DNA of 64,000 nucleotides from Candidatus Bathyarchaeota archaeon (GTDB lineage: Archaea > Thermoproteota > Bathyarchaeia > Bathyarchaeales > Bathycorpusculaceae), in assembly GCA_963768425.1 (NCBI GenBank), contig CAVYHV010000014.1, forward strand, positions 192,001-256,000, read 5' to 3'. The notes under the pieces were generated by a model. It was not told where the DNA came from and ran no database searches. It worked only from the letters and a program-made list of their open reading frames with translations. Of this stretch, positions 29,869-41,102 are shown one piece after another (the first letter of the stretch is position 1; the number at the start of each line of letters is the position of its first letter). The position numbers and the translations under genes are program-made.

Positions 29869-30174
29869 TAGGATTTCTCATGTCTGAATCTACAGAATCC
29901 CTTATCTGCTTATCGCACGCAAACACGCACATGAATTCCGAAACTTTTGGAAACGCTTCCAAAAACAAGCTGAACAAACATTACACTATTAGAATTGATG
30001 ATTGTACCAAAAAATGATCATAAACTACGTACATAGTCTTTGCTTCTTTCGCCTGCACTACTTTTCGAAACTTGTTAAACGAAGAGAAAAGCGACAAGAT
30101 GATATCTAGTGACAATGTTGTTTTTGTTTAAAATTAAAAAAAATAAAAAAGGGAAATGTTTTTGTTTTTTTAGC

Positions 30175-32980
30175 TTATGGATGTTTTCTTGTGACGAGGA
30201 GCGCTAGTACTGCGATTCCTACGATTATGACGATGATGATTGCGATGCCGATGTATTCAAGTGTGGATTGTGTAGCGATGCCGCTGAGTGGTGTGGATGT
30301 GGGTGCTGTTGTCGGAGCTGGGGAGCCTGCGTGGAAGAATGTTGATGCAGATGATGGGTAGTAACCGTTTGTGCCTGGGAATGTGGCGTAGACTGTGTAA
30401 TTGCCTGTTATGTCGGGTGTCCAGGTTAAGCCGTAGTCGCCAAGAGCGTTTGTTGTTGTCATCCCTATGGTTCTATAGTTGCCGTTACTGTCGAAGACTG
30501 ATAATGTCACTGGGACTCCTGTTGCATTGTGTGGCATTGGTTGTTGCATATAGGCTGCTTCCATGAACTGCGTCATGCTTGCGTCGGATACGCATGGTAG
30601 GCCGTTGGGGAAGTTTAATGCTACTGCAGCTTGGGATGCGCCTGCTGAGATGTCAGTGACTGAACCAGTTATGGTTATGGGTGTAGATGTTGTTACTCCA
30701 ATTTGTGGTGCTGAAATTGTGGTTTTGCTTGGTCCTTGGCCATAGGCATATATCTGGTTATCATATGCATTGAGGGTTGTCATGATGCCGTATGCTAATT
30801 CTGGGTTAGCATCAACGTCGAAGGCACTTATCTGCCATATAACCTTTCCAGTGGTAGTGTTCAAAGCCAGTTGCTGTGCTCCAAGGAACAGGGGCGGTGC
30901 ATATTCATGTCCTTCGCAGAGGAATTCTACTCCGCCGCCACCTCCGATGCCAGTTTGTACCCATATAGGCCAAACGCCATATGGAGTATTAGTTCCAGCA
31001 TCGCCGGTGATTTGGGTTGTGTTGGTGTACCAGTTGAGAGCGCCAGTTAATGCGTTTAGGGACCAGATGTCTCCACCGAAACCAAAGAGAAGGAAGTTAT
31101 CGCCGTAAAGGTTTCCTTTAATTCCGCCGACGGTATCGTAAGGATTGATAGGTGCGCCATTAAGGCCTTTAAGTGTTGTAGTCCATACTTGCTTGCCTGT
31201 GGTAACACTGAAAGCTGAAACTTGACCCGTCTCTTTGACAACAGCGTAGATAGATTCCGTCGCCGACGTTGCCATAGTTGTCTAAGTCGACTGCTGCGTA
31301 AGGTGTGAAGGTTTGGTTTGCTACGAATAGTTGCTGTCCCGTAGTTGTGCTGTAGCCTGTATACATTACGAATCCTGTCTGGAAGTAGTTTGTGAGTCCC
31401 AAGTTAGCTTCTGCATAAAGTATTACTACGCCGCTGTCGACGCCCTTGATCGTCCAAACGTTTGGCAACGTTGCAATGTTTGCATAAGACCCAACTGGAA
31501 CGGTGCCAGGTAATTGCCATGCGGATTGTATTCCGTCTGAAAATGGAATTAGAGTGCCTTGTGGGGGTCTCCATTGCCAACCTGAAGCCGCAGCGACTGC
31601 CCAACCAGAGCCTACCATAATGGCTTGTGTTGAGTTCCAACATTCGAGTAGTGAGTTGCCTGCAGTATTAGTGACTTTTGTCGGTGCTGGTCCAGTAACC
31701 GGTAGAATACCGCTGTAGATTGTTTGTGTGCCAACAGTGGTGTTAGTGTAGTAAGATACTATATCTCCGGTTGCGTCTACACTGTTTCCATAACTGAAGC
31801 CTGTGCCGTTTACTACGCTGAGGATATATTTACCGGTCATGGCGTCAAACAAGTTCAGCGTTGTTGTTAATGGTTGGATAGACGTTGGAGGGATCCAAGC
31901 CGGGGTTCCGGATGTCCATAGATATGCAAGTCCGCCGTATTGGTTAGGTGATACGTAATCGAGTACTTGACCGCATGCCAGAGGCGTAACTACACCAGTA
32001 GTTGTTAACATGTTAAAAGATGGACTACCGCCGCCGTAGTTGCTTGAATCGTCAGTCCATACTGTTTGTCCAGTGTACAAGTTAACACAAACGTTAGCAA
32101 TAGGACTAGTGGAACTTCCTGGGAATTCAGTGTAGTAGAGGAAGCCGTTGATAACTATTGGAAGATATTTTCGCTCGTACTGAGAGGTTGAGTAGTAGTT
32201 ACCGTAGGTTGTTGTTCCGCCAGCATCTCCGCCGATTGCACCTCCGAAAGCCACTGGTCTTGTCCACATGATGTGTGATGTGAGCGGCGCTGTAGTGTAT
32301 GGGTTGAAGTTTGTGGTAGTATTGTAGTTCGAAGCGCCTTTGCCTGCACTATAACCCATGTATAAGCCGAGGTAAGGACCGCCAATTGCGTACCAATTGT
32401 TAACGTTCAATGCGTTTATTGGGGTCTGCCAGTAATTTGTTGGAAGCGGAGAAACTGAAACTCCTGTTGCTGGCTGCTGTTGCACCGTAAGAGTAGCTAC
32501 AGAACTGGTAGCGGGTAAGATAGTGTCGTTAATATAATTAGCATTGTTGATGATGCCTGCTCCGAATGAGTTTTCAGTTGACCCGGTTATTGTTTCTCCT
32601 GGGAATGTCATCTGGAAACTGTATGTTCCTGTTTGTGAGGGTGTAAATCGGGTACTCGTTCCTCCTGTGTCATCAGAGACAAAGGGTCCCAATGTTGAAT
32701 TGGTTCCGTCTGGCGCCGTAACGTGTACTGTGAACGGACCAAACCTGTCTCCATATGGGCCGTCTGCTGTCATTGGTGGTTGATTAAGCCAGAAGCCTAT
32801 TGTAACAGGCTGACCTACGCCTGCGGGGCTGGGTGCAACGTTAATGAAAGCGTATAGCTGAATTTGCCATGGTGGAGTGTGCGCGCTAGCATTTTTTATT
32901 AGTGTTGTCGAAGCTGCCATTGAAAGCATAAAGAATACGCAGATAATTATAGCTGCAATTTTGTTTCTTAAAATATTCAT
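30175..32980 (-). CDS. PQQ-like beta-propeller surface protein, one frameshift ~31250
   Basis: Signal peptide; repeated ..TG...W propeller motifs; Ig-like C domain; PT-rich linker, C-terminal TM and basic tail. Confidence 0.85.
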
Positions 32981-33161
32981 TTTTCTTTTTTCTCCTTTTT
33001 TGAACGAGAGCGCTTAACCCTCGTTCTGACCTTTCTCGTAAGCAAATTCCCTAATAAAACTTGTGATCTCGACAAAAGCGTGAACTTAATAATTAATTAA
33101 CCAGAAATTCTCAAAAAAGAGAGCAGAAGGGAAACTTTGCGGACTATATGTCTTGTTTATG

Positions 33162-34592
33162 CTATTCGCCTAGGATCCTTCTGAAGGCTGGGTACATTTC
33201 TGCGGCGCGTTCCTGCATTAGCAATTCATAGTACTGGTAAATGATGCCTACTGACAGGAGTATTCCTGTTCCTGTTCCGAATGTTCCGAAGAAGTCTGCG
33301 CTTGCTGCCACTAGTCCGACAATGATTCCGCCGAGTACTGTGACTACTGGTATATAGCGTTTAAGGACTGATTCGATTGGTCTTCCTGATCTGCGGTAAC
33401 CTGGGATCTGCATGCCTGAATCCATGAGTTGCTGTGCGACTTTCGCTGGTCCTAAACCGCCGACTTCGAGCCATATCAGTGAGAAGACGGCGCAGAAGGC
33501 GACTAGGATGCCTAAGTAGCAGGCGGCTCTTATGGGGTCAGCTGCGACCTGTTGGATGTTTGCAGGTGCGGTAACTAAGTATGCTAGACCGCTTACAGGT
33601 GCAACGCTGGTGCTGCCTGTTGACGTGTTAACTGTCGCGTTGAATTGTCCTATTAACGAAAATAGGAGACTGTGTGCTGAAGGTGGCGGGCTGCCTAATT
33701 GGCTCCAGAGCAGTTGGGTGAAGAAGTACACGTTTGCGAATAAGGCTGAGGCAAATATAACTGGCAGGTTAGAGACGTACAGCAGTTTAATTGGGTATCT
33801 GCTTCGGAACCCTTTATAGCCTGCATAACTCATTGGAAGCTCAATTCTTACTCCGTTAAGATAGATGACCACCATGAACGCTGATATGGTTGCGATGAAC
33901 CCGATTAAGGAGGGGTATACTCCGGATTTTAGACCAACTATCCAAGTTAATAGTGAGATCCCGTGGTGAAGAAACGCGTTTAGTGAACCGACGAACAATC
34001 CTGTTGCTGGTGAAAACATGTCCCAGACTACTGATTGGGCTACACCTGCCATGATGAAGAGGCTGATTCCACTGCCTAAGCCCCAGCCTTTCTGGATAAG
34101 TTCATCCATAAGCATAACCATGAGTCCAGCGGCTAGAAGCTGGAAGAATATAATGAACGCGGTTGACCCACTAAGAGAGCCGAACATGCCGCTTATGATG
34201 TAGGCCGCGGCTTGGATTCCTGTGAGGAGGATGCTGAAGACTTTGCTGGCGGAGGTGAATAGACCTCTGTCCTCCGAGTTTGACATGTCGCATTGGATAA
34301 TTGATGAGCCTGCGAGTAACTGCAGAATCAAACCAGCTGTGACGATTGGTCCAATGCCTAACTGCATTAGTGTTCCATTGTTAGATGCGAAAATGACTCT
34401 TAATTGACTAAATGAACTTGAAACTGACGATGAAATCCCGTAGAGGGGGATTTGTGACATTACAAGGAAAATAACTAAGGTTGTACCTGTCCAGAAGATT
34501 TTCTCGTTAAAACTTACTTTTCGCTCAGGCTTCTTGATTTCGGGCAATACCCTTCCAATAGGCTTGAAAAGACTGAGGAATCTTCCGGGCAT
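33162..34592 (-). CDS. secY: Preprotein translocase SecY/Sec61alpha
   Basis: GTLMQLGIGPIVTA, GWGLGSGISLFI, YPIKLLYVSNLP, IPGYRR, GTGILL. Confidence 0.98.
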   Translation of the reverse strand: MPGRFLSLFKPIGRVLPEIKKPERKVSFNEKIFWTGTTLVIFLVMSQIPLYGISSSVSSSFSQLRVIFASNNGTLMQLGIGPIVTAGLILQLLAGSSIIQCDMSNSEDRGLFTSASKVFSILLTGIQAAAYIISGMFGSLSGSTAFIIFFQLLAAGLMVMLMDELIQKGWGLGSGISLFIMAGVAQSVVWDMFSPATGLFVGSLNAFLHHGISLLTWIVGLKSGVYPSLIGFIATISAFMVVIYLNGVRIELPMSYAGYKGFRSRYPIKLLYVSNLPVIFASALFANVYFFTQLLWSQLGSPPPSAHSLLFSLIGQFNATVNTSTGSTSVAPVSGLAYLVTAPANIQQVAADPIRAACYLGILVAFCAVFSLIWLEVGGLGPAKVAQQLMDSGMQIPGYRRSGRPIESVLKRYIPVVTVLGGIIVGLVAASADFFGTFGTGTGILLSVGIIYQYYELLMQERAAEMYPAFRRILGE

Positions 34593-34601
34593 TTAGCAGC
34601 T

Positions 34602-35027
34602 TTACTCTCCGTTAACTGGGGAGCCTACGATTTCTCCGCCTGCTTTTTGGATTTTTTCAGCTGCAGATTTCGAGTAGGAGGGCACTTGAACGGTTAAAGC
34701 CTTTGTGACTTTTCCTGTTCCCAAAAGTTTAGTGTAGCCCAAAGCTGCCAGGTTAATTTGAGGCTTTTCTTGCTGGCTTACCTGCGCTAATTCTTCAAGT
34801 TTTTTGAGGTTAATTGTGTTTTCGCGGCGATGAACACTTTGCGGTGATGTAAAGCCATTCTTGCCGAAGTAGTCAGGTTCATGAGTTACGACGTAGCTCC
34901 ACAAATGTTTGTGTCGCCCAACTTTCCGGTGTCCTTTAGAACCTGAGTCTCGGTGCTGGCCTATCCTACCGTAGCCTTGAGTTCTTGAGCCTCTAAATTT
35001 CCGTATTTTTCTGAGTTTATGCGGCAT
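34602..35027 (-). CDS. rpl15: 50S ribosomal protein uL15
   Basis: RGSRTQGYG, YFGKNGF, KLLGTG, SAAEKI..AGG. Confidence 0.96.
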   Translation of the reverse strand: MPHKLRKIRKFRGSRTQGYGRIGQHRDSGSKGHRKVGRHKHLWSYVVTHEPDYFGKNGFTSPQSVHRRENTINLKKLEELAQVSQQEKPQINLAALGYTKLLGTGKVTKALTVQVPSYSKSAAEKIQKAGGEIVGSPVNGE

Positions 35028-35474
35028 TTTGGTCAGCTTCTTTGTTTATTGCTGTTTCAGCTTTTCTTAACTTAATTTCTAGTACACCATTCTTGATTTT
35101 GGTGTACATGACGTCAGGAATCACTACCTTCGGAAGATTTAAACTTTTATAGTATCTTCGATCTTTCGATTTTGCCGACAGCGTGATTTTCTGGTCTTTC
35201 ACATGAATTTTGAGGGTATCCTTATTAAACCCTGTGATTTCTGCTACGACAGTTATGAAATTGCTTTCTTGAAAAATGTCGATCAGTGGCTTCGGCTCTT
35301 GGAAATTGCGTTCAGCAAAGTTTTTGTTTGGCCGAAAGCTTGCGGGAACAGATATGGATTTTATGCGGTAAGCATGTTCGGGCGGATCATCTGTGATTTG
35401 TTACCTTTAGATGTCTGGTTGTTAAAATCTAGCCATTTACGGTTTTTTGTGCTTCTACGCCATTTTGCACTCAT
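35017..35474 (-). CDS. Hsp20/alpha-crystallin family protein, one frameshift in the N-terminal part
   Basis: Reconstructed EPKPLIDIFQE..VVAEITG...YYKSLNLP...KNGVLEIKL; ATG 35474 after GGAGG. Confidence 0.8.
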
Positions 35475-35714
35475 GTCTCTCCCCCTCCAATACCTAACGG
35501 ATTTCAGACTCGTAACTATAAAACATATCGCACATAAAAGAAGAGAAAACAAGCAGTTTGCCTGAAGCTGTTTTCAATCAAAAATGACGGCTGAGTGCCT
35601 TTTTAGCCCCAAACGTGATTGAGAAAACAATATACTTCGCCTCAAAGCGCGTTGAATTAATGATTTATTAAGAAAATACTAAGGAAACGAAAAAGAAAAT
35701 TATGTTAACGCAGA

Positions 35715-36205
35715 TTAAATCATGCGTTTTACTAGGTCGTTTATTGCTTCTCCGCGGTAGCCTGCTTCGCCGCCTGCTCTGAAGCTTTTCTTGGTTTTGC
35801 CTTTGTAGCCTTTGCTTGGTGGATGCAGTTTGAAACAGAGGTTGTGATGTCTGGCAGTTTTTGGAATGCGACTTTGCAGTTTACTATGGCTTCGGCTAAG
35901 TCGTCAAAGGATTTGTAGCCTGCTTTTTGAATGTATTCGTCAGTGAGTTTTTTGCCGCCGGCTAGTCTTGCGCGTTTCTGCAGCATCATAGAGACGATTT
36001 CTTTTGTGGGTTCGCCCCAAGTTACGTAGTTGTTTACGCGTTGCAGCATTCCAAGGTAGGCTGGTCGGCTGTCAATGAGTAAACCATGGTTAGTGTGGGT
36101 TAAGTGTAGCAGTTCAAGGGTTTCGCGTACTTCTCGCTGGGCGCTTACTGTTCCTCGAACTCTAACTGCTACGAGGCATTTGCATTCTTCAGTTTTCTGC
36201 GCCAT
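35715..36205 (-). CDS. rpl30: 50S ribosomal protein uL30 (archaeal long form), frameshifted near 35840
   Basis: AVRVRG, GMLQRV..YVTWGE; shifted frame gives [28 protein letters not shown]. Confidence 0.93.
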
Positions 36206-36206
36206 T

Positions 36207-36854
36207 TTACTTCACCCAGTCCACTTGAGTAATCAAGTTGTATGTTTTTCTTAATCCGTCGAAGATTGCGCATGCATATGAGGGCACTGTTCTTGTTGAA
36301 CCGTAACTTCTCATCCAGAGATCTTTGACTCCTGCTAAGCCCAAGATGACTTTGGCTACTTCGCTTGAAACCAAGCCTAAGCCTCTGGGTCCTGGAACAA
36401 TGACTACTCGAACGCCGCCGCATTTTCCTTCTACTTGGAATGGAACTGAATGTGGTTTTCCGCATCCGCATTCCCAACTTCCGCATCCACGCTTCACCGG
36501 GATGATGTTTAAGCGGGCGTTCGCGGCTGCTTTTTCAATGGCGTTTCGCACTTGACTGGCTTTTCCTGAGCCTAAGCCGATGTAGCCGTCTCTGTTTCCC
36601 ACTGCGACGATTGCTTTGAATCGGGATTTTTCGCCTGCGTCAGTTTGTTTCTGTACTAGGTTAACGTTTATGACTTCTTCTTGCAGGTCAGGAATCAGGG
36701 AGTCGACGATTTGGGATTCTGAAATTTTTATTCCGCTTAGGAAGACATCTTCTATGGTTGTTATTTTGCCTTCCTGGATCATTTTGCCCAATCGGGTTTT
36801 CGGTACCCATGTTTCCAGGTTACTTTTATTGTCTCGTCTTTGCATTTGACTCAT
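36207..36854 (-). CDS. rps5: 30S ribosomal protein uS5
   Basis: WVPKTRLG, VQKQTDAG, RGCGSWEC, PGPRGLG. Confidence 0.97.
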   Translation of the reverse strand: MSQMQRRDNKSNLETWVPKTRLGKMIQEGKITTIEDVFLSGIKISESQIVDSLIPDLQEEVINVNLVQKQTDAGEKSRFKAIVAVGNRDGYIGLGSGKASQVRNAIEKAAANARLNIIPVKRGCGSWECGCGKPHSVPFQVEGKCGGVRVVIVPGPRGLGLVSSEVAKVILGLAGVKDLWMRSYGSTRTVPSYACAIFDGLRKTYNLITQVDWVK

Positions 36855-37578
36855 GCTTTCTTTCCACCTTTCTTAGTTGCCTTTTCTTTCGGGGCTTTTG
36901 GAGCTTTTTCTTTTGGCGCTTTTGGAGCTTTTTCTTTTGGCGCTTTAGCTGCTTTCGGTTTGGGTGCAGCTTCAGCCGCCGCAGGTTTGCCGCCTTTGAA
37001 GGCCGCTGTGATTTCGCCCTTTACCTTGGTAAAGTGTTCAGGAAGTTTCTCAGGCGCGACACCTTGCGCGATGTACTTTGAGAATTTTGCGTTGTATTCT
37101 TCTGACCCCACGCCTAAGCTTTTTGCGTACTTTGCAATGTGCTCGCCTTTCATGCGTTCTTTCACGATTTTCTCCTCGCTGTGGGGAACATCCACGCCGG
37201 CATCTACAACTCCGCTTAATGCAGCGAAGATTTTGGCGCCTTTAGTGGGGGCAATCAAGCCGATGTCTAAGATGGCTTCTTTTATGCCTTTGGCTTTTGC
37301 CTTTAGACCGCAAAGATATCCCGTAAGGTAAGCTGCTGAAATGTTTCCGCTTGGAGCTTTCCACCCGTATGTTTTGGTTAATTCGTGGCTGTTAGCTGCG
37401 GCTAACACTTCGTCGCCGTGAGGTTTAGCAATCGCTATTTGAACTGTCATGTTTTTCAATGATGGGCGTGTAATAAGCCGGGTCTTCCGGAAGTAACCAG
37501 AGCCTTGCGTGCTTGATAATCAGTTTTTCCTTCCCGTCTACGTCTTAATTTTACTCTGTAATGGCCGGTTTTCGCCAA
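36851..37578 (-). CDS. rpl18: 50S ribosomal protein uL18, frameshift ~37490, K/A/P-rich tail
   Basis: RRRREGKTDY in the upstream frame, then GNISAAYLTG, ILDIGL, G.HIA.YA. Confidence 0.93.
36894..36941. repeat. 24-bp tandem repeat (x2 plus degenerate copy) encoding the KAPKEKAP tail of uL18
   Basis: GCTTTTGGAGCTTTTTCTTTTGGC twice in tandem. Confidence 0.85.
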
Positions 37579-37579
37579 C

Positions 37580-38035
37580 TTAACGTTTCCTCCATAAGTC
37601 GTTAGCTTTTAGATTTCGTTCCAGTTCAGCTATTGATTGGAATCTGCCGCTGCCAGCCATTCTGTAATATTGGCTGTATGTTTCTTCTGTTATTGTTCGG
37701 GCTGCCTTTAACTCGCGGAGTTTGCGTCTGAGAGACCGGATTCTTATCATCCAAGCCTGTTTCTGGGTTACTTTTGCGAAGCCTGCTCCGGTTATGCTGC
37801 CGGGTCCGCTTCGTCTGCCTTTGACTTTTTTAGCTCTGATGATTTTTGCCCGTGCTCTGCTAACGCCTTTAACAGGCGTAGAAACGATAACTCTCTCATG
37901 AATCAGTTTTCTGACTTCCTCGCGCGTAATTGCACCTTCAACGTCATCGAGGAATTCAGGGTTAATCCATACGCGGTTTTTCCCAATCTTTAGGATTTGA
38001 GCTGCTAAACGCCGCTGGCTTGTTAGGTTAGTCAT
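37580..38035 (-). CDS. rpl19e: 50S ribosomal protein eL19
   Basis: QRRLAA.IL..G..RVW, AITRE, GRRSGPGS, WM..IR..RR.L. Confidence 0.97.
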   Translation of the reverse strand: MTNLTSQRRLAAQILKIGKNRVWINPEFLDDVEGAITREEVRKLIHERVIVSTPVKGVSRARAKIIRAKKVKGRRSGPGSITGAGFAKVTQKQAWMIRIRSLRRKLRELKAARTITEETYSQYYRMAGSGRFQSIAELERNLKANDLWRKR

Positions 38036-38670
38036 TGTTTTTCTTCTCCTTCTTTATCTTCTATTGTATCTTGTTTAGGCTTGGATTTTTTGGGTTTCTT
38101 AGCCTTCTTTGGCTTTTCTTCTTCTGCTACCGGTTCTTCGGCTTCTTCAGTGTGCTCTTCACCCTCAGATGCTTCTTCCGCTTCGGCTTCTGCTTCTTCT
38201 TCTGCCTGCTCTATCTCTTCGCCTTCAGCTTCTTCTCCGCCCTCTTTCTTTTCAGGCGCTGCAGACACTTTGACGTTTAGGATTTTTATGTTAAGTTTCT
38301 TGGCTTCTGCGATGATAAGAGCGCGTTTTCTTTTGCCAACTGTGTGCGCTATTCGTGCGGCTTGTGTGTTAGGGTCGATTTTGGATAAGTCTTCAACGTT
38401 GAAAACTATTACTTCTCTGAAGCCTGAAGGATGTAGTCCTCTGGCGATTTTCGGTCCCTTGTAGCCTGTGCTGCAACCTGGCGGCCAACCCTTGATTTTT
38501 CGGCGGATTTTGTTATCTAATCCTCTTGGTCTTCGCCAGCTTAAGCTGAATCTGTCATACTTCCAGCTTTCAGCTCTCACGAAAGAGGGTTTCTTGTTTC
38601 TTGCACGTGCTCTAAGTTTGAGAGCTTCGCGTGAAGGTTTAAGTTTCTTTTCAGTTTTTTCTGCTGCCAT
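38032..38670 (-). CDS. rpl32e: 50S ribosomal protein eL32 with acidic C-terminal extension
   Basis: WRRPRGLDNK, RGLHPSG, IAHTVG.RKR. Confidence 0.95.
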   Translation of the reverse strand: MAAEKTEKKLKPSREALKLRARARNKKPSFVRAESWKYDRFSLSWRRPRGLDNKIRRKIKGWPPGCSTGYKGPKIARGLHPSGFREVIVFNVEDLSKIDPNTQAARIAHTVGKRKRALIIAEAKKLNIKILNVKVSAAPEKKEGGEEAEGEEIEQAEEEAEAEAEEASEGEEHTEEAEEPVAEEEKPKKAKKPKKSKPKQDTIEDKEGEEKQ

Positions 38671-39216
38671 TAAGCAACTCCCTCATTTCTTTCATAAACG
38701 TATATGCCGTCAAGGAAAACTCGTGGGTCTTTTCCTCTTACTCGGGTAGCTTGCTCAATGTTGGCGGCGGTTTGGCTTACGTCTTCTAAGATTGGCGCCT
38801 TCAACTATGATATCGTCTGGTTCAATCTTGATTTTGACGTCGCCTAAAGTTTTAACCCTGCGTTCTCTTCGTTCGCCAGTGAAGTTTTCGATCAGAATTT
38901 CTTTGCCTTGAACTTTCACTGAGATTGGAAAGTGGGAGAAAACGATTTTCAGCTTGTACGAGTAGCCTTTTGTGACGCCGGTTATCATGTTTTGAATGTG
39001 CGAGTGTATTGTTCCTACTAGAGCAGCTTCCTTCTTGCGTGGCCACTTTGCCCAAACGCGGATTTTTTTCCCTTCGCCTTCTATTGAGATTGAAGCAAAG
39101 GAGAAATCACGTGTCAAAGATCCCTTTTCGCCCTTGAAGCTTATTTTTTTGCCGTCCATAGTGACGTCTACGTTATCGGGAACCTGTATGGTTTTGGATA
39201 TTTCTGGAAGCCGCAT
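38670..39216 (-). CDS. rpl6: 50S ribosomal protein uL6, frameshift ~38790
   Basis: [21 protein letters not shown]; shifted frame gives [19 protein letters not shown]. Confidence 0.95.
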
Positions 39217-39227
39217 AAAACATACCT

Positions 39228-39611
39228 CTAATACACGAAGGCCAGCAGCCTTCCTCCAAGATTCTTTTCCTCTGCGTCCCTGTGGGCTATCACGCCTTTG
39301 GAAGTGGAAACAACCATTAGTCCAACGTCTCTAGATGGAAGGAACTTCTTTTCCCAATCTTCAAATTCGCCAACTTTAGCTGGGTAGCGAGGCTTTATTG
39401 GCCCACACTTGTTTATTCTGCCGAGCAATTGGACTTTGAATTTGCCTGATCGGCCATCGTCGATAAACTCGAATTCGCCTATGTAGCCGTTTAGCTGCAT
39501 TATGCGAAGGACTCGCCCAAGAAGTTTAGAAGCAGGGCTAATTATGCATTCACGCTTATTTCGCATCTCATTGTTTATGATGGTTATCAAACCATTCGTT
39601 AAAGTGTCCAT
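39228..39611 (-). CDS. rps8: 30S ribosomal protein uS8
   Basis: GYIGEFEFIDDGRSG, GRINKCG.IKPR, STSKG, GGRLLAFVY. Confidence 0.97.
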   Translation of the reverse strand: MDTLTNGLITIINNEMRNKRECIISPASKLLGRVLRIMQLNGYIGEFEFIDDGRSGKFKVQLLGRINKCGPIKPRYPAKVGEFEDWEKKFLPSRDVGLMVVSTSKGVIAHRDAEEKNLGGRLLAFVY

Positions 39612-39623
39612 ATTTTTCTGCTC

Positions 39624-39788
39624 CTACTCATATTTTTTGAATCCAAGTTTCGGGGCTGCTTCCCTGAAACAGTGCCTACATAAATATAAATCGTACCGTC
39701 GAATAACCGGTCCATACGAGCCGCATCTTACGCACGGTCTTGAGCCTTTTCCGAATTTCCGCACTTTCTTAACTTGCTGTTTTCCCAT
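39624..39788 (-). CDS. rps14: 30S ribosomal protein uS14 (not in ORF track)
   Basis: [54 protein letters not shown]. Confidence 0.96.
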   Translation of the reverse strand: MGKQQVKKVRKFGKGSRPCVRCGSYGPVIRRYDLYLCRHCFREAAPKLGFKKYE

Positions 39789-39804
39789 ACATTCATCCTC
39801 TGTC

Positions 39805-40344
39805 CTAAACGATTTCTACTCCCAATGTTTTTCTGATGAAAACAACTGATTCTTCAGGTGTCAACATGTGGCTTGCGCCAATAGGATGATTCTCTTTCCT
39901 CCGATTCTTTATCCGTTGACCAGGACGATTTACCGTTACACAAATGTCCATGCCGAATATTCCGATTTCAGGGTCATATTTCACGCCTGGAATTTCAATG
40001 TGTTCCTTCAATCCGAACGCAAAGTTGCCGCGGACGTCAAAGGCTGATTTGGAGACTTTATTGTCTACAACAGGTAGAACTTTCTTGAGGAAATCGATTG
40101 CCGCTTGCTTTCGCATCGTTACAACAACAGCGATTGATTCTCCTTCACGTATCCCAAAGTCCCTGATGGTTTTCTTCGCTTTCTTTTTAACGGGAGTTTG
40201 ACCTGTGATTTCTTTAAGCACCTTATTTGCTTTTTCAAGTGGTTCACCTGATTTTCCAACGTTAAGGTTCACCACGACTTTTTCGATACGTGGCTGAAGC
40301 ATCGGATGCTCTTCCCAATTCTTAATGACTGCTTCCTCAGACAA
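39805..40344 (-). CDS. rpl5: 50S ribosomal protein uL5
   Basis: [32 protein letters not shown]. Confidence 0.97.
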   Translation of the reverse strand: MSEEAVIKNWEEHPMLQPRIEKVVVNLNVGKSGEPLEKANKVLKEITGQTPVKKKAKKTIRDFGIREGESIAVVVTMRKQAAIDFLKKVLPVVDNKVSKSAFDVRGNFAFGLKEHIEIPGVKYDPEIGIFGMDICVTVNRPGQRIKNRRKENHPIGASHMLTPEESVVFIRKTLGVEIV

Positions 40345-41101
40345 CTGCGTTTACCTCCGTTAAACCTATGAGCGGTTCGTTTTCGCCTATTGAAAAGATG
40401 AAGTCCAAAATTGTTTGGTAACGAACACCATTCGCATCTTCGATAACTACTAGCGCTTGGCGGCGTTTTTTGGCTTCAGTTTTTTCTATCTCGACGATTT
40501 TTCCTTGTTTGCCGATGTTTTTTCCACCTGTAATGATGGCCAAGTTTCCTTCCTTTGTTTTCAGGGTTGATACAACTTGTTTATCTGGGTAAGTGACTTT
40601 GAGAATGTCGAAGGTCTCGTAAGTGACTTCAATGGGCTTCTTGATGTCCGCAACCTTCACAAGCATGTTTGATCCATCGTGGAAGGCGATTTGCACGCCG
40701 TTCTTAACAGTTGTTTTGTCTTCGACGCGAATCAGCTTGAAGTTTGCTTCTTCCTTGCTGATTGGATTCAATACAAGCCCTTTGTGAGATGGCATTACAC
40801 GGTAGTATTTGTCAGCTTGAGGCATTGAGATGACATCCATCAACCCAACTGGGAAATCATCTTTGCGTCGGATTGTTCCGTCGACAAGCACTTTGCCTTC
40901 TGATAGGATCATTTTGGCTTCTTTGCGGGTCTGTGCAACGCCGAGTATGTCTCGTAGAACAAGCGTTAAGGGTAAGCAGCTTTCGAGTGAGTGCGAACCC
41001 GACGAAGGCTTCACAATCCAAGGCAGCTCTTTCCTGTGAATTGGCCAGAATCTTGGAGCTGGCTTACGTTTCAATCTTGCAGTTTTTCCTTTTTTACCCA
41101 A
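40337..41101 (-). CDS. rps4e: 30S ribosomal protein eS4
   Basis: LKR..AP..W.I.RK, FPVGLMDVI, HDG.N, TGG.N.G. Confidence 0.97.
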   Translation of the reverse strand: MGKKGKTARLKRKPAPRFWPIHRKELPWIVKPSSGSHSLESCLPLTLVLRDILGVAQTRKEAKMILSEGKVLVDGTIRRKDDFPVGLMDVISMPQADKYYRVMPSHKGLVLNPISKEEANFKLIRVEDKTTVKNGVQIAFHDGSNMLVKVADIKKPIEVTYETFDILKVTYPDKQVVSTLKTKEGNLAIITGGKNIGKQGKIVEIEKTEAKKRRQALVVIEDANGVRYQTILDFIFSIGENEPLIGLTEVNAVV

Positions 41102-41102
41102 A

